Below, in pieces: positions 9,541 to 18,315 of a stretch of DNA of 64,000 nucleotides (positions within the stretch are counted from its first letter, which is position 1; each line of letters opens with the position of its first letter). Origin of the DNA: an uncultured bacterium (GTDB taxonomy: Bacteria > Abyssobacteria > SURF-5); assembly GCA_964607485.1 (NCBI GenBank), contig CAZSKP010000014.1, forward strand, positions 36,085-100,084, given 5' to 3'. The notes under the pieces are model-generated. The model was not told where the DNA came from. It saw only the letters and a program-made list of their open reading frames with translations, and did no database searches. A program made the position numbers and the translations under genes.

Positions 9541-10710
9541 ATGCCACATGAGATTCGGGAACTTTTGGTAAAGACAGATGCACCGGAGCCGTCGCTTCCG
9601 GCCGAGTACCAACCAGTTCGGCCGGAAGGGTTTGACATCGCGCGGATCGTCCTGGCCAAAGGAAGCCTGAGCACGCCCGAGCGCAAGCGCTTTGTTGAAC
9701 GTATCTGCACTCTTTACCCGTCAGCGTCACTTATCGATCGCTCGAATCTCCCACACAACCGAGTCGATCTCGCCGAGGCCGACCCAGTCGCGCTCCATAA
9801 CGAGGGGAAACGAACGCTTGTTCTTGGTGAACTCAAGAGCGCAGTGCGCAAGAGCGAGGAAGAAGGCAACACCTGTCCCAACTACTGGCACTTCTCCGTG
9901 TACGGCTACTGCTTCTATGGTTGTTCTTATTGTTACCTATCCGGCACACGCGGCATCTGGAACTCGCCGACGGTCAAGATATATGTCAATCTGCCGGAGA
10001 TCCTTGCGAGAATCGACCGCGTCGCAAACCGCTTTAAGCATCCAACAGCGTTCTACCACGGCAAGCTTCAAGACGGTCTGGCGCTTGATCCGCTTACAGC
10101 CTACTCAACAGTTTTGGTTCCCTTCTTTGCACAGCACCCATTCGCCCGACAGATAATACTCACCAAGAGCGACGCTACTGGAAGACTTCTCGACCTGGAT
10201 CATAACGGCCGCACGATACTTTCCTGGAGCCTCAATCCGCCGGAGATTGCTGAACGATTCGAAGCGAACGTCCCTTCGATAGAAGCACGGATCACGGCAA
10301 TGCAAAAGGTCTCGGAGACAGGCTACACCGTACGCGCAGTCATCATGCCGCTGATCCCGGTTCCTGGCTGGCGGGAAAAGTATGATCGATTCATTCGCGA
10401 TTTGCTCTCGCGCATGCCGATCCAACGTCTCACACTCGGCGGGATCTGCAGCTACAAGAATGCAGTGAGACTTATGGAGCAAAAGCTCGGCACAGAGAAT
10501 GCAATCTCCAACCACATAGTCAACGATAAAGCAGGCGACGGCCGCGCGCGTTATGATCCTGCGCTTCGGGTCCGCATGTATATGCATCTGCTTCGAACAG
10601 CGAAAGAAATGCAGCCGGACCTTGAGTTCGCGCTCTGCCTTGAGGACCAGGGCGTTTGGAGAACAGTTAACGAAGAAGTGCGTTTGGGGAGCTGTAACTG
10701 CATTCTGTAG
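9541..10710 (+). CDS. Spore photoproduct lyase-like radical SAM protein
   Basis: CFYGCSYCYL (CxxxCxxC), LTKS, SWSLNP, late ALCLE motif typical of SPL-like proteins. Confidence 0.8.
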   Translation: MPHEIRELLVKTDAPEPSLPAEYQPVRPEGFDIARIVLAKGSLSTPERKRFVERICTLYPSASLIDRSNLPHNRVDLAEADPVALHNEGKRTLVLGELKSAVRKSEEEGNTCPNYWHFSVYGYCFYGCSYCYLSGTRGIWNSPTVKIYVNLPEILARIDRVANRFKHPTAFYHGKLQDGLALDPLTAYSTVLVPFFAQHPFARQIILTKSDATGRLLDLDHNGRTILSWSLNPPEIAERFEANVPSIEARITAMQKVSETGYTVRAVIMPLIPVPGWREKYDRFIRDLLSRMPIQRLTLGGICSYKNAVRLMEQKLGTENAISNHIVNDKAGDGRARYDPALRVRMYMHLLRTAKEMQPDLEFALCLEDQGVWRTVNEEVRLGSCNCIL

Positions 10711-10745
10711 TAATAGTGAGTCATCAAGGAAAGAGGAATACCCGG

Positions 10746-11141
10746 ATGAGCGAAGACCTTTACGTGGAGAAGCTGGCACACTTCAAGGAAAACGAGAAGC
10801 CCGAGGCAGTGCTCCTTATCGCAGACGAACCGAATCTGGTCAAGATCGTCGTGTCGTGGACGAATACAAGGGTCAGGTGTGCGCAGAAGCTCAGTTGTCT
10901 CCGCGGCGACTCGGAGAGCGAGGTTTGGGAATGGCTCTGGAAGAACGCAATCTACTCACGCAAGGAACTAATTGCCAAGAGCTCTCTCCCCGAGCACGGT
11001 TTCGACAGGAAAATGATTCCTTTGATAGGCAACCGGGTGCTGTATCCAGACGGCACGGTTAATTCTTTCGTACAACGCTATCTCCGAGACCGCGTCAGGA
11101 AGCTGTTCGACGCCAAGCCCAAGAGACCGAGGAATAAATAG
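10746..11141 (+). CDS. Hypothetical protein (131 aa), third gene of the islet 1 operon
   Basis: ATG after AAGGAAAGAGG; co-oriented and close to the radical SAM gene; no family recognised. Confidence 0.7.
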   Translation: MSEDLYVEKLAHFKENEKPEAVLLIADEPNLVKIVVSWTNTRVRCAQKLSCLRGDSESEVWEWLWKNAIYSRKELIAKSSLPEHGFDRKMIPLIGNRVLYPDGTVNSFVQRYLRDRVRKLFDAKPKRPRNK

Positions 11142-11576
11142 CCTTATTTGAGGTCCGATTCGGGATACGTATTGTGAGTGCGCGGGTTCTCAGGTGTTGG
11201 ATGCAGAAATTAGTAGTGTCAAGAATTTTCTCTAAAAAGGCTCCGTTCTTTGGTTCTTGGGTTTGGGATGCGAAGCGAATCAGCGGCAGACGTTGTGGGA
11301 ATGTGGATTACCCGAAGGGTTATCCAAGTGAGGTGGGAAGGCATGGCTTTCCTGGATCACATTCAAGATTAGCAATAAGCACTTGACTGTCTTGATAAGG
11401 GAGGTGTTATCAATAAAATGTGAGAGGCGGAACTTGACTGTGGCCTAAACTGTGGCCCATGCCACTGTGTTTTCTACGTTTTTCTGCAAGCGGGTGCAAT
11501 TCTTCTGATTTTGCAACTTAAAAACTTGCAATCATTTGCGAAGTAGTACAATTTGCTGCAGAAGATCGAGAATATT

Positions 11577-11621
11577 CTGGGGGTCAAGAGGTCGCTGGTT
11601 CAAATCCAGTCGCCCCGACCA
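11577..11621 (+). repeat. att-type direct repeat: exact copy of the tRNA-Pro 3' 45 bp
   Basis: CTGGGGGTCAAGAGGTCGCTGGTTCAAATCCAGTCGCCCCGACCA identical to 7850-7894. Confidence 0.95.
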
Positions 11622-11641
11622 GACGTAAGTAATTGTGTTTT

Positions 11642-11682
11642 CAGCCACTTAGACACTGTTAATCTGAGTGGCTGTTTTCTTT
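11642..11682 (+). terminator. Rho-independent terminator-like hairpin after the second att copy
   Basis: CAGCCACTTAGA...TCTGAGTGGCTG followed by TTTTCTTT. Confidence 0.65.
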
Positions 11683-12029
11683 GCTCAAACTTGACTGTGT
11701 ACCAGGTGTGTACTAAGCTGTGTCTCAGAGGAAGGTCACGATGATTGCAAACCTTAACGAACTTCAATTCATATTTGCCGGGAGACCCACCCCCGGCACA
11801 ATAAGATTCTGTTGGCAACGTGTTCACGACAACACGGAGGTAATTAATTATGACCTTCATTCTAACTTAATGACTGGTACCGTCGGTAGGGGCAGGGCAG
11901 AGCCTCCGAAAGACTCAAGACGAAGTTGGTCAACTGAATTTTCGGTTCAATGAACATTACAAATTCTCGTCCTGAATCCACCCTTGTCATTTCTCGGTTT
12001 TCAAGCAGCCATTGCCCGTCACCCGTTTG

Positions 12030-13112
12030 TCAAGAAATTTCTCCGGCAATTCTGAGAAATAAACTTGCATCTTCGTCTTTATATCTTTCCCTTATAGACA
12101 GTATTTCATCCTTAATCGCCAAAAAGGCATCGACCACAGCGGGATCAAAATGGTTTCCCCGTCCTTCTTCGATAATGGCAAATGACTTTTCAAGGGAGAA
12201 AGGTTCCTTATAAGGCCGCTTGGAAGTCAGAGCGTCAAAAACATCTGCTATGGCTACGATTCGACCAACTCCTGGGATTTCCTTTCCTTTAAGACCTCTT
12301 GGATATCCACTTCCGTCCCATTTTTCATGGTGGGTAAGGGCGACCACTTCCCCTAGCCTAAGGTATCCCGCTTTCGCTCCTTCAAGAATCTTTCCTCCAA
12401 ATGTCGTATGTTGTTTCATGATTTCCCACTCATCCCGATCAAGCTTTCCCGGTTTTAGCAGTATCCGATCCGGAATGCCGAGCTTTCCAACATCATGCAT
12501 AGGGGCAGCATAGAGAATCCGTCGGATCACATCCTCACTCAGTCCCATTTGTCTGGCTACAGCCGCTGAGTAATGACTCATTCTCTTAATATGGGCACCC
12601 GTATCTTCGTCTTTATATTCGGCCGCACGGGTCAATCGGTAGATGGAATCAAGGGAGAATGCTTCGAGATTCTGAAAGGCCTGCCGCAGCTGTTTCGTTC
12701 GTTGTTCAACCTCTTCCTCAAGTAGTCGGTTCTGATTGTAAAGAGCAAGATGTGTGTGTACCCTCGCCAGAACAATTGGAGCGGACACTGGCTTGGTAAT
12801 ATAGTCTACTCCTCCGGCTTGAAAACCACGGCGTTCATCTTCCTGTCCTCCCATAGTTGTGACAAAAACAACAGGAATTCTTGAAGTCTCCGGGTTGGCC
12901 TTCAACCGCTTGCAGGTGTCATAACCATTCATCTCAGGCATCATGACGTCAAGGAGAATGATATCCGGTTTGACTTTTGTCGCCACGTCAAGTGCCTTCG
13001 CACCATCTTTGGCAAAAGACAGCTGATACTGGTCCTGCAATATTGCCCCCAGCAATTGCAGATTGTTTGGCTCATCATCCACCACGAGGACCTTCCATTT
13101 ATCGTTTTTCAT
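12030..13112 (-). CDS. Response regulator with HD-GYP cyclic-dinucleotide phosphodiesterase domain (RpfG family)
   Basis: REC LVVDD...LLDVMMP; MHDVGK, HHEKWDGSGYP, DVFDALTSKRPYK. Confidence 0.95.
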   Translation of the reverse strand: MKNDKWKVLVVDDEPNNLQLLGAILQDQYQLSFAKDGAKALDVATKVKPDIILLDVMMPEMNGYDTCKRLKANPETSRIPVVFVTTMGGQEDERRGFQAGGVDYITKPVSAPIVLARVHTHLALYNQNRLLEEEVEQRTKQLRQAFQNLEAFSLDSIYRLTRAAEYKDEDTGAHIKRMSHYSAAVARQMGLSEDVIRRILYAAPMHDVGKLGIPDRILLKPGKLDRDEWEIMKQHTTFGGKILEGAKAGYLRLGEVVALTHHEKWDGSGYPRGLKGKEIPGVGRIVAIADVFDALTSKRPYKEPFSLEKSFAIIEEGRGNHFDPAVVDAFLAIKDEILSIRERYKDEDASLFLRIAGEIS

Positions 13113-13113
13113 A

Positions 13114-16083
13114 TTATCCCTCCAAATCTATATTCAGGCTGCTAGTGAGGTTGACTGTTTCTCGTTTAGCTTCGTCAAAATCAAACCTTTCCACATGTTT
13201 CACAATGGGATATAGCTGATCCTGCAAGAGATATTTCTCAAGCTCAGACAAGAACGGTTGAATAGCGTATGGACTGAACTGGTCGAATGCAGCCAGCATT
13301 TCGGCGAAAAGCTCTTTCAAGCGAGGCACGTCCATTTCTTTCTTTGGCATTTCTTGCACGTCTTGTTCTGCTTTCAACTGTCCGATGGAAGCGACTGCAC
13401 TATTGAGTGCCGCAGCAAGCGCCGGGAGCCGGTCCTTTGCATCGCCAATGCGTTTCTTCTTGATGGCATCACTAATGTGGATTACGACATTAGCCACTTC
13501 TGTTATCCACAAATTGCCTGCCACCCCCTTAAGCGCATGGACATAACGGTAAGCGCCATCTGTATCGCCTTCGTCAAAAAAGCGGCTCAAATCGGCGGCA
13601 GCGTTGCCGTAATCGCACGAGAATACCAGCAATGCCTTAGCATAGGCTTCCGGATTCTGCCAGTGCTGTATGCCTTTTTCTATATCGACGCCATCAAGAG
13701 GTGGCAGTTCCAATACGGATTGGGGTCCGGTATCTGGTTGAATTTGCACAACCATTTCGCCCACGCCTTCCGGGACCACGTCTTCCATTGTTCTAAAAAG
13801 CTTGCTAAAATCGATCGGCTTGGCCACAACAGCATCCATTCCCGCTTCGAAACACTTGTCCTTTTCCCCTTTCATTATGCTGGCTGTTATGGCGATGACC
13901 GGCATATGTCCTCCGGTGCCGGCCTCCAGAGCGCGAATACGTGCCGTAGCCTCAAGCCCGTCCATTTCTGGCATCTGTACATCCATGAGAACGACATCGA
14001 TCTTCTCTCGCAAAAAAGCCTCCACGGCCTCACGGCCATTGCGGGCCACCGTAACCTTGTGACCCTGCTGCTCGAGGCGAATTTTGGCTAGGGCAACATT
14101 CGTTGCCATGTCTTCAGCCAATAATACCTTGAAACCTCGTCGAGAACTTGGCGAAACAGCTCTGCCTGGAACGACAAACAGATCAGCCTCTTCCGGAACT
14201 AGGTCGGTAGGGGTCATGTTGACCGTGAAATGAAATGTGCTTCCTTTACCCACCTCGCTCTCCGCCCAGATCCGGCCTCCCATCAGCTCAACCAACTCCC
14301 GCGCAATGGTGGTGCCCAGACCGGTACCGCCAAACCGGCGCGTAGTCGAAGTATCGGCCTGGGTAAACGGTTCGAATATCCGGCTCAACTCGTCAGTCGA
14401 GATGCCAATCCCCGTATCCTCGACCATGAAATGAAGTTGACCTTCCTCCTCAGCGGGAAGCAGTCGCATGGACACACTGCCCCTTTCCGTAAACTTGAGA
14501 GCGTTGCCCACCAGATTGATAATGATCTGCCTGAGGCGCAACGGGTCACCAATAAACGCTCCCGACAAAGATGGGTGAATATCAAGCTGCAGCCCAAGTC
14601 CTTTCTCCCGCGCTTTCATGTTCATCGTCGCATGAATTTCCTGCATCAATCGGAGTATACTGAAAGGACGATGTTCAATGGTCAACTTGCCGCTTTCCAT
14701 TTTGCTGATATCAAGGATATCGTCTATCAATCTCAGGAGACCACTAGCGGAGATTTGTGCGATAGTGAGATGCTTGCGCTGATGTTCCGGTAGCGATGGG
14801 TCTTCCAATACCAGTTCCAAGAAACCGAGAATGGTATTCATCGGCGTTCGAATCTCATGGGACATGTTGGCCAGAAAATTGCTCTTGGCCGCATTGGCCA
14901 TTTCGGCCTGGACAGTGGCGAGCTCAGATTTCTTGCTCGCCTCTTCCGCCTCCTCACGCGCCTTGACCAACTCCGTCACGTCAACGAAAGACGCGATGCC
15001 GCCTGTGACTTCACCCGAGGTGTCGCGAATAAGAGTGGCGTTCTTTAGAATCGTCAGGCGACGGCCATCCTTCGTGACGATCATGCATTGCCTGCGAAAA
15101 ATGGGCTCTTTGGACTCAAGGACACAAAGCCCGCACTCCATCATGCACGACTCGCCCGACAGAATATTGCAGTGTTGGCCAACTGCTTCTTTCTCGCTAA
15201 AGCCTGTCAGCCGGCAAAACTCGCGGTTGACACTGGTGATGGTCTTGTCAGCGTCAACCGTGAACATTGCGGTGGCCGCCGTATCCAGAATATGTTGCTG
15301 GAATTGGTTAATACGCAGGATTTCCGCACTCGCCTGTTCATGCTCAGCGGTCTGATAAGCCAAGCGCTGCGCCCCCAGTCCGATTCCAGACAGCCCGATC
15401 ATCAAAAACAGGGCATGGCCAATATATACCCCTCTAGTATGAGATTTCTTGATTGCCCACAGGGGTGCCATAGGTATTGAGATGCTTATTCCTCCACGTA
15501 TGTCTCCCTCCCGGTACCCTTGTACGGCATGGCATTGTAGGCACTCCTTTGTAGTAATTAATGGGCGCATCAAACGCATATAAGCCTTGCCTTCTATTTC
15601 TTCGATCGAACTAACTTCTTCCATTCCTTGTTCGAAAGCTTTTAAAGCCTGGATCTCCCAGGCGTCCGGCGCATTCTCCGGACGTATGGGATCAATGCTC
15701 GTAATATGGCCAATGGAACCATACTCTTCATGGCCCAACTCATGAACTTGGCGAGTCATATAAGCCGGATTGATTTTAGTCAGCCGGGTTCCCGAAGAAG
15801 TAGTGATTTCGCGCTCTGACGCCTTGAGGTAGGGATTAGGAGTTGCTATCTCAGATACCGGCACATAGACACCCCCATGTTTCGCATTCCATTCACGATA
15901 GACAACGTCTTTCTGATGCAGCGCTCTGGCCTCAGTGCGGGCCATAGAAAGGATTTCCTGTCTCGAAAGGTGGACATTCCAACCCAGTGATATCGCGACG
16001 ATAACTGTCCAAACTGCCGCCATGATCCAACCGACTCGCTTCCATTGAATCGGATACGCGCCTGTCCCTTCTAGCTTGTCCAT
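13114..16083 (-). CDS. Hybrid sensor histidine kinase: TM, DUF3365-like heme-c domain, PAS, HisKA, HATPase, REC, Hpt
   Basis: INPAYMTRQ and CLQCH between TM helices; FLANMSHEIRTP; GGTGLG; MDVQMP; VHALKGVAGNL. Confidence 0.92.
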   Translation of the reverse strand: MDKLEGTGAYPIQWKRVGWIMAAVWTVIVAISLGWNVHLSRQEILSMARTEARALHQKDVVYREWNAKHGGVYVPVSEIATPNPYLKASEREITTSSGTRLTKINPAYMTRQVHELGHEEYGSIGHITSIDPIRPENAPDAWEIQALKAFEQGMEEVSSIEEIEGKAYMRLMRPLITTKECLQCHAVQGYREGDIRGGISISIPMAPLWAIKKSHTRGVYIGHALFLMIGLSGIGLGAQRLAYQTAEHEQASAEILRINQFQQHILDTAATAMFTVDADKTITSVNREFCRLTGFSEKEAVGQHCNILSGESCMMECGLCVLESKEPIFRRQCMIVTKDGRRLTILKNATLIRDTSGEVTGGIASFVDVTELVKAREEAEEASKKSELATVQAEMANAAKSNFLANMSHEIRTPMNTILGFLELVLEDPSLPEHQRKHLTIAQISASGLLRLIDDILDISKMESGKLTIEHRPFSILRLMQEIHATMNMKAREKGLGLQLDIHPSLSGAFIGDPLRLRQIIINLVGNALKFTERGSVSMRLLPAEEEGQLHFMVEDTGIGISTDELSRIFEPFTQADTSTTRRFGGTGLGTTIARELVELMGGRIWAESEVGKGSTFHFTVNMTPTDLVPEEADLFVVPGRAVSPSSRRGFKVLLAEDMATNVALAKIRLEQQGHKVTVARNGREAVEAFLREKIDVVLMDVQMPEMDGLEATARIRALEAGTGGHMPVIAITASIMKGEKDKCFEAGMDAVVAKPIDFSKLFRTMEDVVPEGVGEMVVQIQPDTGPQSVLELPPLDGVDIEKGIQHWQNPEAYAKALLVFSCDYGNAAADLSRFFDEGDTDGAYRYVHALKGVAGNLWITEVANVVIHISDAIKKKRIGDAKDRLPALAAALNSAVASIGQLKAEQDVQEMPKKEMDVPRLKELFAEMLAAFDQFSPYAIQPFLSELEKYLLQDQLYPIVKHVERFDFDEAKRETVNLTSSLNIDLEG

Positions 16084-16089
16084 TGTTGT

Positions 16090-16361
16090 GCTTCCTTCAC
16101 TTTTTCGTCCAAGTCAGGAATGTGTTCTTTTTGGCAACTCGGGCAAAGGGTAATTCTGTCTTTAGATACGAGAAAGAAAATTCTAAATCTTAGCACCTGG
16201 TATAAAGGATGCTCTGCAAGATCGGAAGCATATTTGCTCCCAGTCTTTTCCTCGTTTCGATAAGCCTCCATCTTGGCGCAGCCGTTGACAAATAGGATTG
16301 CCGCCGTATCCAGTGTCGCTGGAGTTGGCTAATACGCAGGATTCCCGCATTCACCTCATGC
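16090..16361 (-). pseudogene. Probable relic of a paralogous PAS/sensor gene
   Basis: 16300-16361 is a degenerate copy, with small deletions, of kinase sequence 15275-15343; downstream remnant reads YQV...LCPSCQKEHIPDL. Confidence 0.45.
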
Positions 16362-16427
16362 CCCCCTCATCAAAAGAGATTAGGTAATTTGCGTAAATAC
16401 ACTTCACCCTCTCCCCCAACAAATAGA

Positions 16428-16496
16428 TGCATCATGCGTGCCATGTCCAGGCACCATTTCTGCAAGAAATCTCAAAGGCGATTTAACATATTGAAA
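16428..16496 (-). promoter_or_regulatory. Putative sigma-54 promoter with upstream IHF-like site for the kinase/HD-GYP operon
   Basis: Minus strand TGGCACGCATGATGCA (-24 GG/-12 GC spacing correct) at 16428-16443; TTTCAATATGTTA (one mismatch to WATCAANNNNTTR) at 16484-16496. Confidence 0.5.
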
Positions 16497-16732
16497 TAAC
16501 AGTTGTTACATTTAGGGGAACAGGGGCGGTCGGGGCTTGAATATAAATGGGTTGGGTGAGCTAGAATGTACATTATTGCTCGCTTTCTGCAAGCAATAAA
16601 GGATAATGCATTTTACCAAGAGTAAGATCGGGATAGAGTGCTCGGGGAGACATCTTCCACCCGTCCAATTATGGCGGTGATTGCCAGCTTGTGGCTGCAC
16701 AAGCCATGTCACGGCAATATGTTATAAATATC

Positions 16733-16781
16733 ACTGGGGGGGGCAAGAGGTCGCTGGTTCAAGTCCAGTCGCCCCGACCAC
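16733..16781 (+). repeat. Third, degenerate copy of the tRNA-Pro 3' end (att remnant)
   Basis: ACTGGGGGGGGCAAGAGGTCGCTGGTTCAAGTCCAGTCGCCCCGACCAC: G8 in place of G5T and one A>G change. Confidence 0.9.
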
Positions 16782-16795
16782 ATAACCATTTGAGC

Positions 16796-16829
16796 TGAGG
16801 CCGCTCAGAGAATCACCTGAGTGGCCTCA
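16796..16829 (+). terminator. Hairpin after the third att copy
   Basis: TGAGGCCGCTCAG...CTGAGTGGCCTCA. Confidence 0.55.
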
Positions 16830-17002
16830 TTCCTTCTGGATTTGACAAGTGCGGCCGTTATGGATCCTTAGTTGACAACCGACGAGAAGAATTGAACTCA
16901 GCGTGCGAGGTAATGCCGATTGGGTTCTTTCAAGTTGGCCTCGGGTCAGCAGTGGTACGGTTTTTCGGGGACAATCTATGACTTCTCCAGGCACCGGAGG
17001 GC

Positions 17003-18226
17003 CTAAGGCCCAATGTCACCAATTTCCTGTTCCCTTTCTTTGGCCCACTCAATTTGAGAATCCTTGATTCTGGCAGCGACTGTTTCTGCCGCCAAGCGAT
17101 GGCCTTCCGGCGACCAATGCGGGTCATTTTTCAGGAAGAGAGAAAAGGGTTCGGGATGACCACGGAAGATTGGGGTAAGATCTATGCATGGAACGTCCAG
17201 GGCGGCGCATACCTCCGCCAGACGTTTTGAGGGGCGGTCCCAGTCGATATCCTCTGACTCCGGATCCAACCCTGCATATCTGATACTGATGTCGAATATT
17301 TCCCTATCCGCATCCTCTTTTTTTGGAACGTAGAGCACGATTAAGCGTCCTCCACCTTCCATTGCCGATTCCTTCATGCGTGAAACCAAGAGACGCACCA
17401 CGTCCCAAGCAAGGTCCATCTCAGGAGAGGGAGGACCATAGATGTCCACTATCGAAAAATCCATTGCGTCTTTCTTTGCAGGCCCCACTTGAGAAGCATC
17501 ATCAGAAGGCTGATGCCTTGCCCTCAAAGCATTCGCCCGCCGTTGTAACTCGCGTTTGTCCTTCAGAATCCTCAGCCGGTACTCAATGAATCCGAATAGC
17601 CAGCTGTTATGACGAAACCACTGGGTTATCGGCGAACTGAGCACTTTCTTGACGGGTCGATTTCCTATCCGTAAGGTACCGTCCTCTGCAATCACGGCCA
17701 CGGGGCGCGTGCCCTGTTGGTCATCGAAGTTATCCCTGAGGTCGTTCCAGACAAAGGCAAGCATGGTCAGGTCGGGCTTATATCGCACGCCTTCCATCTG
17801 GAGACGCACTAATTCCTGCACAGTGCTATAACCGCTGACTCCCAGGTTGATGGTCTGAGTGTCAGGAATCAATTCCTGAAGAATCGTGGAAAATGTATCT
17901 TCGTTATCCACTCCGAATCCCCACATGAAACTGTCACCCAGCACAACGATGCGTCGGGTTCCGAGAGGCTTTGCGAAATCTTTCTCGCTGTCCCGGAGCC
18001 CCCGGCTGTTGTTAGCTACATGCACGTCGAATCCTCCCGGAAGAAAGAAGCGCGCATTAATATTGGGCAAACCCACCCACCCTGCATCAGGGTCGCTGCG
18101 GTGCAACTTCGCCGTCGAGATGACCATTATCCTGGGCTTCACAAGTCGTATGGCCCCTTCCAATATCAACAGGACAAGAATCGTGCTGATGACAACCAAC
18201 GAAAGACGTTCCACCCACTGTCTCAT
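17003..18226 (-). CDS. Membrane-anchored SGNH/GDSL hydrolase or acyltransferase-family protein
   Basis: N-terminal TM helix, NSRGLRD, VLGDSFMWG, NLGVSGYS, WND, DPHWSPEGH. Confidence 0.88.
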   Translation of the reverse strand: MRQWVERLSLVVISTILVLLILEGAIRLVKPRIMVISTAKLHRSDPDAGWVGLPNINARFFLPGGFDVHVANNSRGLRDSEKDFAKPLGTRRIVVLGDSFMWGFGVDNEDTFSTILQELIPDTQTINLGVSGYSTVQELVRLQMEGVRYKPDLTMLAFVWNDLRDNFDDQQGTRPVAVIAEDGTLRIGNRPVKKVLSSPITQWFRHNSWLFGFIEYRLRILKDKRELQRRANALRARHQPSDDASQVGPAKKDAMDFSIVDIYGPPSPEMDLAWDVVRLLVSRMKESAMEGGGRLIVLYVPKKEDADREIFDISIRYAGLDPESEDIDWDRPSKRLAEVCAALDVPCIDLTPIFRGHPEPFSLFLKNDPHWSPEGHRLAAETVAARIKDSQIEWAKEREQEIGDIGP

Positions 18227-18315
18227 AAGCTACGCTATCGTTCTTGTGTCGGTTAGTGGAAAGGATGTGCTTTTACCGATGATTATTATTGATATTACCG
18301 TCGCCATGAGCCTGC

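Larger units (their letters stand above)
7850..11621. mobile_element. tRNA-Pro genomic islet 1 (about 3.7 kb, no integrase)
   Basis: Bounded by an exact 45-bp direct repeat of the tRNA 3' half (7850-7894 and 11577-11621); visibly lower GC than the flank. Confidence 0.8.
11577..16781. mobile_element. tRNA-Pro genomic islet 2 (about 5.2 kb, no integrase)
   Basis: Bounded by the second and third (degenerate) copies of the tRNA 3' end; low-GC two-gene signalling cargo. Confidence 0.7.

Noticed and set aside
9541-10710. True splB implying sporulation
   Set aside because: Only family-level similarity; SPL-like radical SAM proteins also occur in non-sporulating bacteria
11577-16781. Additional tRNA-Pro genes at 11577 and 16733
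   Set aside because: Only the 3' half is present; no D arm or 5' acceptor strand upstream, so these are att remnants
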